Positions 25,714-40,387 of a DNA stretch of 64,000 bases are shown one piece after another. The DNA is from Azolla caroliniana (lineage: Eukaryota > Plantae > Polypodiophyta), in assembly GCA_043228905.1 (NCBI GenBank), contig JBHGNT010000015.1:14632001-14696000 (forward strand). The letters run 5' to 3'. Position 1 is the stretch's first letter. The number at the start of each line of letters is the position of its first letter. A program made the position numbers and the translations under genes. The notes under the pieces are model-generated. The model made no database searches. It was not told the origin of the DNA and saw nothing but the letters and a program-made list of their open reading frames with translations.

Positions 25714-28700
25714 ACAACAGTTACAACAATATGACAACAACACAATCACCTACCTAAAGTGATTTCCGTAAGTCATATTTATAGTTATATGAACTTAGGG
25801 CTATTTACAAATATAGCCTCAATGGGCTTATTCAAGACATATTATTTGTCTTCTCTTCCGGTTCTCACTAGGTCAGATCCGGTTTCCGGATCTCTTCCAG
25901 TTCTCACCGGGTTCTCTTTATTCATCACCATATCCCATCCGGAGAGACCGATTTCCCAACAATCTCCCCCTTCACTCCGGTATGGGATGACTTGTAAGTC
26001 TGATCCGCTTCCGGCATGTGTCCAACTTTTCGAGTGTCAGCACCTTGGTCAGCATATCAGACCCGTTCTCCTCCATGTGGATCTTCGTTAGCACAAACTC
26101 TCGATCTTCAACTCGCTCTCGGATCTAGTGGTACCTGTGTTGGATGTGCTTCGTTCTAGAATGGTATGCGCGTTCTTTGCAAGGTGGATGGCACTTTGAT
26201 TGTCATAGTAGAGCCGATATTCCTCTTGCCGGATCCCTAGCTCTCTGATGAAGTCCTTCATCCATAATATTTCCTTGTCGGCTTCCACAGCTGTCATTGA
26301 CAATGCAACCGTCTTCTGCAGCCTCGACTGCTACGAAACAACTCCCCCTGCATAGGTCATGACATATCCGGAAGTTGACTGACTGGTGTCCACATCAGCC
26401 GACATATCCGAACCGGTAAAGCCTTCCATGAGGGGTTTACCGGAGCCGAATCAGAGGCACATACTCGAAGTTCCCTTCAAGTACCAGAGTATCCATTTTA
26501 CCGCATTCCAGTGCTCTTTTCTGGGGTTGTTCATGAACCGACTCACCACTCCGACTACGTATCCAATATCCGGTTGAGTACACACCATTGCGTACATCAA
26601 GCTCCCGACCGTAGAGGCATATGGAATCTTCATTATATCCGCGTTCTCTGCCTTTGTCTTCGGGCTTTGCTTACCGAATAATCTGCAATTTTCCAGGAGT
26701 GTCGATCCGACCGGTTTTGCTTCTAACATGTTAAACCACTGAAGCACCTTTGTCACATACTTTTCTTGTGACAGTCACAATTGCTTCTTCGACAGGTCCC
26801 GGATGATGTGCATCCCCAGTATCTGTCTTGCCGGACCCAAGTCTTTCATTGAGAAGGTCCAGTTAAGGGCCTTCTTTAGCATCCGTATCGTGACTTGGTC
26901 TCGTCCGACAATCAACATGTCGTCCACGTACAGGAGTAATATCAGGAAATCTCCTCCATCAAATTTCTTCACAAACACGCAGTGATCAGCCTGCGTCTTG
27001 TGGTACCCTTGATCGGTCATGAAGGAGTCAAACTTCCAGTACCATTGCCGAAGAGCTTGCTTCCGTCCATATAAGCTCTTGTTCAGCCGACACACTAGGT
27101 GCTCCTTCCTTTTCTTCACAAATCCTTCCGGTTGATGCATGTAGATCTCTTCTTCGAGGTCTCCGTGTAGGAATGTCGTCTTGACGTCCAGTTGCTCTAC
27201 GTCGAGGTCCATGCTTGTCGTATGCCCAATACCGTCCTGATGGATGTCATCTTTACTACCGGGGCAAAGATCTCATCGAAGTCCACTCCTTTCTTCTGTT
27301 GGAAGCCCTTCACTACGATTCAGGCCTTATAGCTTGATGGATTTCCGACGTCTCCCGGTTTTACCTTGTACACCCACTTGTTCCGGAGTGCCCTCTTTCC
27401 TTTCGGCAACTCCACCAATTCGTATGTGTGGTTCTCATGCAGGGAATCCATCTCATACTGCATGGCACTCAACCACTTGCGGTTGTGGGTGTCTCCCCTT
27501 GCTTCTTCAAAGCTTTCCGGCTCCCCCTCATCGGTTAGCAACACATGCTCTGCATCCGGAAATCTTCAGGGGGCTCTTCTCTCCTGGAGAGGATATCTCC
27601 GTCCTTGGTTTCTGACTGCCGGTTCCTCCGTTTGCTCCTCATCCTCATCCGATTCGGGATCTTGTCCAGTTCCAATGTCTTCTTCTTCTTCTTCTTCGGT
27701 CGGTTCGGTTTCCTGTCCGTATCCGGCCAATTCGTCGAGTGTCATCCCATTACCGGCTAACATCCGGTTTTCAACCGGGTATATCCTTTTGTCCTCAAGC
27801 CAGTTTTCAATGGATGATCCGGAGTTCGTTACCTTCTTCTCCGACTCCCAGTCGGCAATGGTCCTGTCTTCCCTGAAGACTATGTCCCAACTTCGAAACA
27901 CCTTTCTTTCGACCATATCCCACACCTGGTAACCGAACTCATCATCGCCGTATCGAAGGAATATGCATGTTCCAAACTTCGGATCTAGCTTTTCTCTCTT
28001 GTCCTTCGCCACATGCACGTATGCGAGACACCGGAACACCTTCAGATGCCGGTAAGACACATCCTTACTGGTCCATACTTTCTGCGGTGAGTCTCCGTTC
28101 AAGGGTATTGAGGGTGATCTGTTTATCACATAGGTTGTTGTCGTCAGCGCTCAGCCCAAAACGTCTTGGGTAGCTTGGCATGTGCGAGCATGCTCTGGAC
28201 TCTCTCCATTATGGTCCGGCTCATCCTTTCGGCCAACCCATTTAGTTCTGGCGTCTTCAGCATGGTGAATTCGAGTCGAATTCTCTTCGACCGGCAGTAC
28301 TCCTCGAATTGCCCCCCATATTCACCTTCGTTATCTGCTCCAACCGCTTTCAGTTTCCTTGAAGACGGATAACACTTGGTCCTTCGTCTTCAACGGTGAG
28401 ACCCACAGCTTCTGACTGTGGTCATCAATGAACATCATGAAGTACTGCGATCCAGCATGTAACTTCGTGTCTACTTGACACACATCGGTATATTGGTGGT
28501 CTTGATCGGAAGGAGGTGCAGTTTTACTTGTTGGCCAAGCAGTCGATGCACTTCTCAAGTTGCACGTCCTTCACTGGAATGAGGTTGTCTTCGGCAAGCC
28601 TCTTCATCCCCTTCTCACTCATGTGACACAGTCTTTTGTGCCATAGCTCACTGGTAGTGTCGGATGCTACGTTCACTTCTTCCCGGCATATCCGAGCATT

Positions 28701-31700
28701 CATCAAGTATAGTGTGTTCACCTTCCGGGCTCGAGCCACTATTAAGCTCCCTTTGCAAAACTTCATGACACCGTTCCGGATGCTACCTGTGTAGCCTTCA
28801 TCATCTAGCCAGTCGGCTGATATCATGTTCAATCGAACCTCCGGAACGTGTCGGACATCCTTCAGCAGCAACTTGCATCCGGTTGATGTCGTCAACAGCA
28901 CATCTCCTATGTCGATAATTTGGTATGTCCCTTCATTCCCCATTCGGACACAGTTGTGCTCACCGACTGTGTAGGATGAGAAGCATTTCCGGTCCGGGTA
29001 AGATGGAACGACGCTCCGGAATCGACAACCCACGTTGTCTCATCGACGGCAAGGTTCAACTCACTCTCCTCAATGATGAGCATTAGTTCTTCTTCACTTG
29101 CTGTGATCGCCGTCGCTCCCTTCCGGTCTGGGCCTCGCTTATCCAAACCGTTTCGGTTTGGTGACTTCTTCAAATCGGTTTTGTTGGTTCCCTTGTCTTT
29201 CTGGAAATGCCGACAGTTCTTCTGGAAGTGCCCCGGCTTGCTGCAATAGAAGCAAGTGGACCTCCCCCTTGACTTTGACCGTGTCCCCGACTTTTCCCGG
29301 TTCTGGGGACTTCAATTCCTTTGTCTTCCACGTTCCGATTCGGTAAGGAGAGCTTTGGCGTCGGAAATCACTTCCTTTTCGACACGCCTCCTCATCTAGC
29401 AAGCTCGACTTGACTCTTGCTAGGGATAGTTGTTTTCGTTCCGGCTCAGCTTTGCCCAACGTGACAACTAACGTCTCCCAACTATCCGGAAGGGAATCGA
29501 GCCGAAGTAGAGCAGGTACCTCATCGGCGAGAGGTACTTCCAACGAGGTTGCTTGGTGTATCAGCCCCTGGAAGGCATTCATGTGCTCCGCCATACTAGA
29601 GCCATCTTGGTATCGGAGCCTCACTAGCTTCCAAAATACCAAAACCCGATTAACAGCATTCTTGTTCTGGAACATGATGTTGATCTTCTCCCAGAGTTCA
29701 TAGGCCTTGCTCTCTTCATTGAAGTTGTTGTACAGGTTCATGTCAATGAAACACCGGATGTATACCGTCGTCTTCATGTGCATCACCTCCCACACCGTGG
29801 CGTCGATCTTATCCGGTCTCTTGTCCTCGAACTGAACCGGCAACGAAAGATTTTTAACCACAAACATGTCCCTCATCTTCGACTTCCACATTGAGTAGTT
29901 GGAGCCGGTGAGCTTGAACATGCCGCCGTAAGATTCTTCCATCTTCTGTTTTTTTCTTTGGATCCGATACTAGTTTGAAGAGAAATGCACGGAATATCGC
30001 TCGGCCACAACTGAGTAGTAAATCACTTCTATAAGAATCAAACACAGAAATGGGAATTGGAGAGTACACAAGAAAATGACACAAGATGTTTACGTGGAAA
30101 ACCGTAATAGGGAAAAACCACGGGAGCTCATAGACTCTGAACTATCACTATTAAGAGAAGGGGTACAATCAAAGACTCGAAGGCAACGACCTCGAGTCTG
30201 TTTCTTCGCACAATGGCGGTTACAACAGATTATCGCTTTGTATATCTTTCCCTCTCTCTCTGTCTCTCTCTCTATACAACAGTTACAACAATATGACAAC
30301 ACAATCACCTACCTAAAGTGATTGCCCTAATTTATAGTTATATGAACTTAGGGCTATTTACAAATATAGCCTCAATGGGCTTATTCATGACATATTATTT
30401 GTCTTCTCTTCCGATTCTCACCGGGTCCACCGATCCGGTTTCCGGATCTCTTCCGGTTCTTACTAGGTTCTCTTTATTCATCACCAGATCCCATCCGGAA
30501 AGACCGATTTCCCAACACCTTTACATGCAACAATCCATATGATGCCTTTTCGATGGACTGAACGAGAAGACATGGCATACCAATCACTAAAAGTTATGTT
30601 GTCCCAAGCCCCAGTAGTCCAGCCCCCGGATTGGACGGAGCCCTTTCACGTATTCGTGGACGCATCCAATATCGCGATCGGTAGTGCTTTAATGCAGAAA
30701 ACCCCACCCAATTGGTATCACCCAGTCTACTACACCATCCGCCGACTCTCGATAGCAGAAAGGAATTACTCCACCACGAAACGAGAAGCACTCGGCATGA
30801 TATATAGCATTACGAAATTTCGGCATGATCTACTCGGCCGAAAATTCACATTCCACGTAGATCATTCGGCACTACTTTACCTTGTCAATAAGCAAGCTCT
30901 GCTGGTCAATTAGCACGATGGATGATGCTCCTTCAGTAGTTTGATTTCGAGATTCAACACCAACCACGAGTTCAACACGCCATTGTTGACTATCTTAGCC
31001 GTTTGGAAACGGGAGAACCGTCGGACTAGGAATACGGTGACTTAACGAACCCTACCCTATTTTCCATCGACACCGCACCCATGGAGTCTGATCCTAACGA
31101 CGCCTGGATCACTGAAATGACACAATTCCTAAGTACGGGACTTCCCCCGAACCACCTCCCACTTGACGCTCGGAAACGGTTAGTAGTCTGAAGCCGTAAT
31201 TTCTGTTTATTCACATTGAATACACTGTATCACAAAGCCTTGAATGGCATCTGGAGGCGCGTAGTTCGACAATTCGAGAAAGATGCCATACTTCGGGAAG
31301 CTCACAACGGAATCGCCGGCGGGCATTCTGCAGGCGACGCCACAACCTGGAAAATCTGGTAGAGTGGGCTCTGGTGGCCGACCACGAAAAAGGATGCTCA
31401 CGAATTTTGTAAACAGTGTGATCTCTATCAACGAATGGGACAACCAGATGAGTGTGACCACGTGCCGCACCAGCCGATCCTTCCCTTGGAACCATTCCAA
31501 AAATGGGGCTTGGATTTCGTAGGCCCTTTTAAACCTCCCGCCACACATACCGGAAACAAATATATACTAGTAGCAACCGATTAATGTACGAAATGGGTTG
31601 AAGCAAAAACGCTTCGAGATAACACGGCAACATCAACCGCAAAATTCATTCACAAAAATTTATGGTGCCATTTCGGTTGTCCAATCGAGCTCGTAAGTGA

Positions 31701-32118
31701 TCATGGAGGACACTTCGTCAATCGAATCATCCGCGAATTATCCTCCCACTATGACGTTGTACATAAGAAAAGAACCCCGTACTACCCCGAAGCTAATGGT
31801 CTTGCTGAATCAACAAATAAAACCCTTCAGACCATTCTTAAGAAAGTCATCAATGAGAATCGCACGGATTGCGACAATAAATTACACAGTGCTTTATGGG
31901 CTTATCGCATGACCTTTAAAACCAATATCAACTCAACGCCTTTTCGGCTAGCTTTTGGATTAGAAACCGTAATGCCCATTGAATTCCAGGTACCCAACTT
32001 GCGAGTACATATAGCCGAACGATTATCAGAATCAAAATCCACACACCAGCGTCTGGTCCAATTGCTCGAACTCGGAGAACAACGAATTACCAGTCTGGCT
32101 CAATTGGAGCACGGCTAG
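24160..32118 (+). mobile_element. Ty3/gypsy non-chromovirus pol (RT-RNase H-integrase), decayed, split by a copia insertion
   Basis: SPIVVVPKKNGQIRICVDYRK, FLDGFSGYNQI, VFLDDF; RNase H FVDASNIAIG...ERNYSTT; integrase WGLDFVGP, YYPEANG, TPFRLAFG. RT precedes integrase. The sequence joins across the CCTTT TSD. Confidence 0.92.
25405..30517 (-). mobile_element. Full-length Ty1/copia (Tnt1/Tork-like) retrotransposon with two LTRs, frameshifted
   Basis: LTRs 25405-25961 and 29976-30517. 5-bp TSD CCTTT. PPT AGTGAAGGGGGAGAT. Degenerate iMet PBS. Gag 29139-29942, protease WVVDSGASFH, integrase, RT QLDVKTTFLHG/LLYVDDML, RNase H DNQSAIHLAKN. Confidence 0.96.
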
Positions 32119-32605
32119 ACGAAACCGTACAGTGGAACGACACCACCTAACCCATTTACCAACCAACGACACGATTGCGACCAACCCATGGTAGGTGGAA
32201 CGAAAGATTCTGAGGGCATCAAGGCTCGATTACAGTAACAACCTTACATACCGTGTACATGTACAGTATTATTATGAAAAAAGAAAAAAAACCCACTCAC
32301 TATTTAAAGACAAGGTACAATGTTCAAGAAAAGTAAGTACAAACGGTTCACATGACGTGTGGCCCTTAACTCCCAGCATGGCAGGCAAGATTCTGAATCT
32401 AGGGCACAAGGGCACATCTCGAGAACCGAGGTACACACACAAAAACATCACCAATAGCCAGAGCCACCACACTTGCAAGAACTTTCAAGCTTTCACTCCT
32501 TCTGCGGAGAACTGCTAGCACTCGCCTCCTCTCTCTAACCAAGCTTTCTCTCGTTCTCCATCTCCATAGCCTTCTCCCTATCTACTTGACTCTCCAGCCC
32601 TCACC

Positions 32606-35378
32606 ATGCCGCTCGAAGTATCCAGAGAACTCTACATCTGGATGTCCAAACACGGCCTCTCAGGATATCTAAACTTCCACGATGCACATCCCCACCCAGA
32701 AGCTCAGGCCATCGCCAGAAGGATCCACCCTCACGCCATCTCCAACACCATGATCCGACTAGCGCTTCATCTGCTTCATCTGCACAGGGGAGGTGAACAC
32801 AATATCGAAGTGTCGCCTCAACACATCTTGGAGCAGCATTTCGGAGAATATTCTCTTTCGGGAAAAGCTCATCGCATGCATGGAGGTCCCAATGAGTTCT
32901 TTGGGAACCTAGCCCATTTCCTCCTCGAGTACACCTGCATCCACACAATCCCCTACGGCATGCCGAATAAAAAAACATGATTAATTATTACGGCTTACCG
33001 CGGCGGAGCAATCGATTGGGGGATCATCACCGGGGAAGGTGTCCGAGCAGCCATCGCTTCTTTTCAATCGGGGAAACGATTTTTACCCATGCTAATACAT
33101 TGTCGTGTTGTACCCGAGCATAGCCGCCACGACAAACATTGGCGCTTCTTGCTCAACCCCCTAGTGCTAAACGACAACGAACGTTGCAGTTGTCGCATGA
33201 AGAGTGGCAAGATGAAGATAACCAATTCCTCTCCACAACTCAAGACGAGCAAAACACTGAAGACGGGGACAATATCACTATACACGGTCGTGATAAGATG
33301 GCACAGGCAATACCCTCACCCCACCCGACACCACCCTCGAAACCAACCAAACAGGCCTAACAGCCAAAGTCTGTTCTAGAGGTCCCACGATTAGTGGAGA
33401 TTGAATGACAATAGGAGCGCACAAATAACGCATCACTAGAACCTAATCTGGCCGCAAAACGCCACCGCACCAACATTAGCAGCACCACGCAGAGCAAGGA
33501 TGGAATGTTGGATGCCAACAAACAATTGGTCCTCATCCCGAAGGAAGCTGCCACGATCGTGACACCCAGCACGCTGGATCCCAACAGACCTATTGAGCAG
33601 GGTTAGCAATCACATTTTTCGGAGGATGAAGTATTAACCTTTCGCGATCTGCTAGGTGAAGGATTCGAACTCAGAGCACTTTTGCAACACGGCACGGTAT
33701 ACGAGCTCATCAACTTTTTGGCCCATCTCCAAATAGTTGTTGTGACCCGCATGGCCCAAGAACATGCAGAGCAGCAGGTCATAGAGAGAGCCTTCGGCTT
33801 TAGATGATGAGCTGAAACTACGGAAGGTTGGACGCAAACGGGCAACAAAGACACGACGAACACGCATTGAGCTTCCAGAGCTCAACACAGCGTTGGTCGA
33901 AGTATACCAGGAACTGGACAGAGTGACGCATGCCACCAAAGACATGGCTACTTGTAACAAAGAAGCAAGCAAGCAAGCAAAGGCTGCCACAAACCTATGG
34001 CAGGCCTCTGAAGCACAACGGGCCGAATTAGAGCAACAGCTTCGAACACGGGATCAGCCACCACTGCCCCCTCTACTGCCCCCTCTTTCTACCTCCAATG
34101 ACTAATCAACGCAGATGGACTTACCACATCGGCCCGAACAGACCAGCACGGTGACACAAACGGACCATCCCGGTACGTGCAAACAAACCGACACGGCCGA
34201 TCATACCATGCCCTACCGCTCTAGCGACAACGACCGTGCAAACCAACGAAGATATTGGCAAAACTATTCACCAATACGAAGAAGAGATCGTCGTGAACAA
34301 AACCATTGCAAAAAAAGCGAAAGAATGCTACAAGCATGCACAAGCAGGGGCAGTCAAAAGCAAGGAGCAAGCCATGCACAAGGAAGCCGAACTTACGAAG
34401 GCGCTACAAGAACAAACGGCTAAGGTCAAGGAGACAGAAGAAAATGTGGCCAACTCTATTACGTCCATACAGGACATTGCGGCCGCACAAATCGCTTCAC
34501 TGAACAAAGAACTCGTGGAAATGCAGGTACACTCGAGTCAATTTTTGCAAAAATAGGAAGATGCCGAAAACGAGCACATCCGGTTATTTGATGAACTCTA
34601 CAAACACCAAATGGATAGTATCCACGAACACGAGCAAACGCACGAACAACACATAAAAGAACTAGAGGAGGCTCAAACACAATTCAGCCAACGAATCAAT
34701 AGAGTAACGGAGGAATCAACAGCAAGGGTCAATGCAGTGAATACATCTTGTGAAATTCTTACGGCAAAATTATGGCTCGACATAGAAAAAGCCAAGCACG
34801 AGACGTTGGCTCTTCAAACAGTGTACGACACACGAGAGGAACACATCAATGCGTTAGTCATGAAGCAACGGCAGATATTAAATAGAAAGGTCGAGGAAAC
34901 ACTAGCTGTAGGTTGGAAGCAATGGTCGGCTCAAGCAACCCAATTGCAAGTCCTATGGACGGACACCGAAAACCGAAGGAAGGAAGGTAAAGGCTTCTAC
35001 AAGATGGACGACAATAGTATACAAATGATCTGAGAAGACCTCGCCGAGGATTTTCATGCCCTAGTCGATGCCCACACCAAAGCCATCGACACCCTCCTTG
35101 AGGAATTCAACAATGACCAAATGTTGTTGATGATCGAAACAGAGCAAGCCTTAACCGATAATGCCCCAAAACAGCCTACCGCAGTCGAAGATCGACCGAT
35201 AAAGCCATACAACCACACCCCAACCTCCCCGAGATCCCCGAGCGACAACAAAAAGGAGCATGCAACAGACATTTTGGCCGAAAACACTAGCGCACCACAA
35301 CCCGACCCTACGACCATTCCGAAGGACAAAACCGCAAAACCAAACCAGACAGAGGGAATTCCTCCACATTTTGACTAA
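32606..35378 (+). pseudogene. Large extra ORF downstream of the gypsy pol (N-terminal globular region plus long coiled-coil), broken by stops and frameshifts
   Basis: Chain of same-strand ORFs: 32606-32980, 33139-33360, 33893-34105, 34236-34556, 34611-35033, 35121-35378. Heptad-like E/Q/K/A-rich sequence. Confidence 0.65.
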
Positions 35379-35399
35379 GGATTAACTATAATTAATTTT

Positions 35400-35986
35400 C
35401 AACAAGGTTTTTTGGGAAATTTTGATTTGTTGGATTTGACGTGCGAAGGCATTGTCCCACGAGCGTGCCAAGTGTTGTCCGTGGGCCAAATAGTATCATA
35501 TGTGAAAAGTAATAGGTATTAGGTAAGAGTAGGTAAAACAACCAAAAGCAATCAGAAGCAGCCAAAATAAACACAGTTGTAAACGTGGAAGGAGAAGGAG
35601 CGCGCCAAGGAACATATATATAAGAAGCAACAGATCGAAGGAAAAGAGGGGGAGGAGAGATATAGGAGAGAAGTCTGAGGTTATTACGTAATTAATCATA
35701 CTACAGTGTATCTGATACATTCTAGCAGATAACCGTGTAACTGTAATCATTTCTCATTCCGTAATCTAAACAATGTTGGGTCTATGTTGTGTTACTATTC
35801 GCTTTTAATAATTGTTAAGTAATCTATCTCTCCCTATCGTGTATATATAAGCCAAGGCTTTCTCTTACGTAATCTGTAGGGTGCCATCCTGTTTCGTAAA
35901 AGCAATTTCAACCACCACGTACCACAATCCTTTGGTCCGATTCCGGTTAGGAATCGAAGGTGTGGCCTTCAAAGAGGAAGGTAACA
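35400..35986 (+). mobile_element. Probable 3' LTR remnant of the gypsy element (start uncertain)
   Basis: TATATATAAG near 35843. Ends ...GGTAACA at 35986, exactly where a different repeat begins. Confidence 0.4.
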
Positions 35987-36071
35987 AGGTGGTTTTGTAT
36001 TGATGTAATACATTGTTCATTCTACAATTAGGTACATAGTTCGTTTAGTTTTAGTAATGCTCCTTACACTA

Positions 36072-36652
36072 TTTTATTCTATATTTTTATTTTATTTTAT
36101 TTTTATTTTCCAAAAAAAACACTACTTCCATTAGTTATGGCAATGTACATAGGATAATTTACAACTCATATCTTACAAGCCATCTTGCATGTCAAAAGAA
36201 AACATGTGTAGAGGAAACAACAAAAACAACTCCAAAACACCACATCATTCGATACGCATAGCATTAACAAAATGCATACTCTCCATGTGAGCCTCATACA
36301 ACCCAAATTCAGCATAGACATCCTCCATTCACTTCTCATGGCAGCAACCATCTAGATGTTAGGTACACTCAAAGGGAACAGCCACCGTGGTGGTTGATAA
36401 TTCCATTTCGCTTTACCATCCACTAACTGTAGCATCGACAAACCACTCCATTTCAAAAGGAACCGAGCTCTAGCTTCTTCACTTGTGTCAAAGGGCCCTT
36501 GAAGACTTTCAAACTCTCCTCGTAACGTAGAAATAAGATTAAACCAAATCATCATTAAATTCTCAACCAATGGGGTTCGCTTACCTGCGAAAGTCTCCTT
36601 GCACCTAGATACCCACACTTGCCAAACCGTAAGGCCGACCACTCCTATAATT
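36072..36652 (-). mobile_element. 5'-truncated L1/Tx1-like LINE 3' end
   Basis: ORF 36352-36666 (VWQVWVSRC...STLRGEFE...WNYQPPRWLFP) is homologous to the end of the LINE at 12886-15041. T-rich tail at 36072-36110. Confidence 0.82.
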
Positions 36653-38986
36653 AGGTGGTTTTGCATTGATGTGGTACATTGTTCATTCTATAATTAGGTA
36701 TGTAGTTGGTTTAGTACTAGCATTACTCCTTACACTAACTCAAGACTGACCAACCATCACTTTCATTGTCTTGCCAATAATAAGGCATTAACCCACTAAT
36801 CCTCACCATGATGGTGTGTGAAGCAATAGCTTCACGATATAAAAACAAACTCAAATACCATATCAAGTGACATTTGTGAACCTTGAACTCATAACCTTGT
36901 ATATTAAGGTACAAAGTGCAAACCATTAAGATGGCTAACACCAAACAATCAATCATTGTTGACAACAAATCAAAATAGCTCATCTCCGAAGTTTTCCCAT
37001 CTTTCAAAATTGAAGTCAAGGGTTCGAGTCGAAGTTTGACAAATATAAAGTATCACCTTTGTGGTCGAGCATTGTAACTTGAGTAAAATCTTGTATTCTC
37101 AATATAATAAAACTTGTTTTTATCATACATTATCTCTTGAATCATACACTATCTCGATCTCTTGTTTGTGCTTGTCTCTATCTCTTTTCATTACGAACGC
37201 TCTTCATACAAAACTCTGGCTATTCAACACAAGACTCGTACACCTGTACAACCTGTAAACCTTGTACACCTGTTTAAAATTATTTTTTGAGAAAATAAAA
37301 AATTACAAAAAGAATATCTAGAAGAGGTTTATGTTTGCAAGACAACTCTTTGTTTTATTTTTATTTAATGCATTGTTTCATGAATATCTCATAGATGGGT
37401 CACGTGTGTATTATAGATACTCATGAATGGCCTGCCATCCATCATCATCAAAGAGGGATACATGCGTTATGGATGGATCATGGAGGGTAAAATCAGCTTT
37501 TACAAGCTTGCCAATCTTAGTCAAAGTTCGCCTTCCCAAGTTGTGATCTGATTCTGATCATAAGATATAAGAGATTCTTGTCCTATACAACTGGATCATT
37601 GGATACTTCTGTTTTTGTATTGGAATTCAATACTGTTTTGCAGTGACGAAATCCGATGATTACAATAGTTCCAAAGGAGACATCCCACAAACATGCAATG
37701 AAATTTTACAATTCAACGCCACACGGTAGGCCACTCCATGGTTGTATTTGATGAACTATTGTGAAGGCATGATGGCTCAACCCTATCCTACAAGGCAAAT
37801 AACCTAAATAGTGTATATTATTTGAACACATTTTTACACTGATTGGGAACAATCATGCACACAATTGATTTCTTGGTAATCATGTACTATGGCATGATAA
37901 GAAGAGACTGAGGAACAAAGGAAATTAAGGCCAGGAAGTGTGTTATTATGCAAGCCACTTAATCAAGCACATCAAGGCCAAATAACTAGCAAAGCTAGAC
38001 GAAGAGATAGGATTCTGACAGTATGACCAATCAGACTGGAACCATAACATTGAGTGAAGACACTCACCCATTATAATTGCAACAAGGGCACCTCCAACTA
38101 GTTGCCTAAACTCCAAGTTAGAAATAGAGGAAATCAACATTGTATCCAATGAAGAACAGTGATTGTTAGAATTCCAAAAAAACTACCAATGTCACAACGA
38201 AAAGAACTCATCCATTTTGTTGGAGGTTACAAGGTTGTCGAAGAAGATTAAGGCGCTCGATCCAAAGTTTTAGTAGTCCAATATCCACATAAGGAAGATA
38301 TAAGTACCAATCCAACAAAGTAATTATTGAACGAACTACTGTGTGTAGGGCTCATAACCTAGTCCAAGAAAGCTTCATGGTCAAGAATAATTGACTGCTT
38401 CCAATACATTGCTCAGCTATGATTTTGGACAGAGTGGCATGCCACTACATCTATAGTTTTCTACATGACTCCAATAGATATATATACTCAAATCCTGTTT
38501 CCTGGCTAAATCAGGGATGTTGGATCATCGGATGCCATACATTCCAGTGAATCACAGAAATATTTGACACATTCCGAATTTAATGCAAGTATTTGGTGTA
38601 ATGATGGAACATCTCAAACAGTTAGTTTTATGCTTAAAAAGATGCAGAGAATCACTGATGAGTCTTGCACTCATGATTTAAATTCGAATGCCAAGGAACT
38701 CTCAGTGTTCCTTGGAAAAATCCACTAGCACAGTAGAATATTTCATTATCTGGTGGATATGGCCACACTGCATAGCAGGATGTCCTGTTATTTGGTGGAT
38801 ATGGCCATGCTGTTGCATAGAATACTGCACCTGACCCTGTTCAAATGGAAAGAAGAGGAACAAGAACCCAAGCATGGACATCTTTGTGGGCTCAACCAAA
38901 ATCCCAATCAGCATCATGTTACTGCAATTTTATGATCCAGGGTGGTACAGACCAATATAATATGTGAGCCAAAAATGTAGTGGGGG

Positions 38987-39219
38987 ACTATCTAGTCTGG
39001 TTGGGAAACCAATCAAGCAACTTCTACTAGGGGCCAATTCTCCATCTTGAAACAGTGATCATACAGTGGTGAACTATCTGGTGCGGTTGGGAAACCGATC
39101 AAGCAACTTCTACTAGGGGCCAATTCTCCATCTTGAAACAGTGATCATACAGTGGTGAACTATCTGGTCCGGTTGGGAAACCAATTGAGCAACTTCTACT
39201 AGGTGCCAATCCTCCATCA
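38987..39219. repeat. 86-bp tandem repeat x~2.7
   Basis: ACTATCT(A/G)GT..GGTTGGGAAACC starts at 38987, 39073 and 39159. Confidence 0.9.
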
Positions 39220-40387
39220 AGAATGGATTCAGACTGATAGATGTTAGAAATGGCATTCTTTCTAGACAAAGGAAACCCACCACTATGGCTCTCAAAGGAT
39301 GAGCAAACTTCAGGGATACAACACAATATGATTAAATGCAAAAAAAACTTTATTAGGTCACACAAACATGGAGCACAAGCACATGCACTTGCACACACAA
39401 ACAGGCAAAATTGTAACTAGCACATACACATTACACATGTATCATTCTTGAGACAATTAGTCGTAGGAAAATATCGTCAAAGGTAAGTCATCTAAAGACA
39501 AAACTATTATCATGCATTATTGATTGCTTGGTTTCATGGATAATTTCCAAGTGAATGATGCACATGTTATGAGCTTCACATGTGTGACTTTTCATTAAAA
39601 TAACCTTATAACTAGCTTGTGGTAACCAACAGTAGCTGGATAGAACAAAGATGATTAATTGAGTCATCACAGACAGATGTTTAAAACCCGTCCTTGAAAC
39701 AACACTTGCGGTAACTAGGTTCCAATCTGCTTTTTCAGGATGTCGGTTATGGTGCAATCTATCTATAGACAGCTCATATAAATCGTCTTTTGTTCTGTCT
39801 TAATGCTAGTCTAAACGTCTTGACTTAATAACTGCTGCCCCATGGGGCCCAAGGAAGATGCTTGTATAAAGTGCAAAGCTCTTCCTCAGCTTATGATCCT
39901 TCACTTGTCTGATACATGCGGGAGAATGTTCCATTACAGGGGAAATTTATGTCACATGTCGGTGCATCCTGGCTGGGACTGTCGTTGTCAGCCTACTATA
40001 CTTGTTAAAAGTGTGATATGAACCAATTCTAAAAGCTAATTTAATGATATAAGTGGGAAACTAAAGACATTGAAACTTCGTTGATAAGGTAGACCTCTCT
40101 ATATTCAGTGGTATCGGACCACATGCGATTTTGTTCGTTTATTATCCTTTGCTCAGGGGCGGTCGTTGTGGTTAAGCACCCTCAATCCATTCTGGCCGTG
40201 CAAGAACATAATAATTCCTCCTGGGGTGCCATGTGTTCAAGTTCTTCCCTCAGAAAAACATCCCCATTTGATTGTACAATATTTATTTTGGGATAGCAAC
40301 ACAGGTTAAAAACAATAATATAGATAACCATTGCATACAATGATATATAATAAGAATGCCTTACCTTTCATGAGTCTTGAGTATTTG

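Noticed and set aside
22991-35986. One intact gypsy element bounded by the LTR ends at 23085 and 35986
   Set aside because: The two LTR ends share no visible similarity and gag is missing, so this is probably a composite.
37015-37035. GGGTTCGAGTC B-box as a tRNA gene
   Set aside because: No cloverleaf stems or convincing A-box around it.
38987-39219. 86-bp array as repeat-spacer array
   Set aside because: Whole units are duplicated; no variable spacers.
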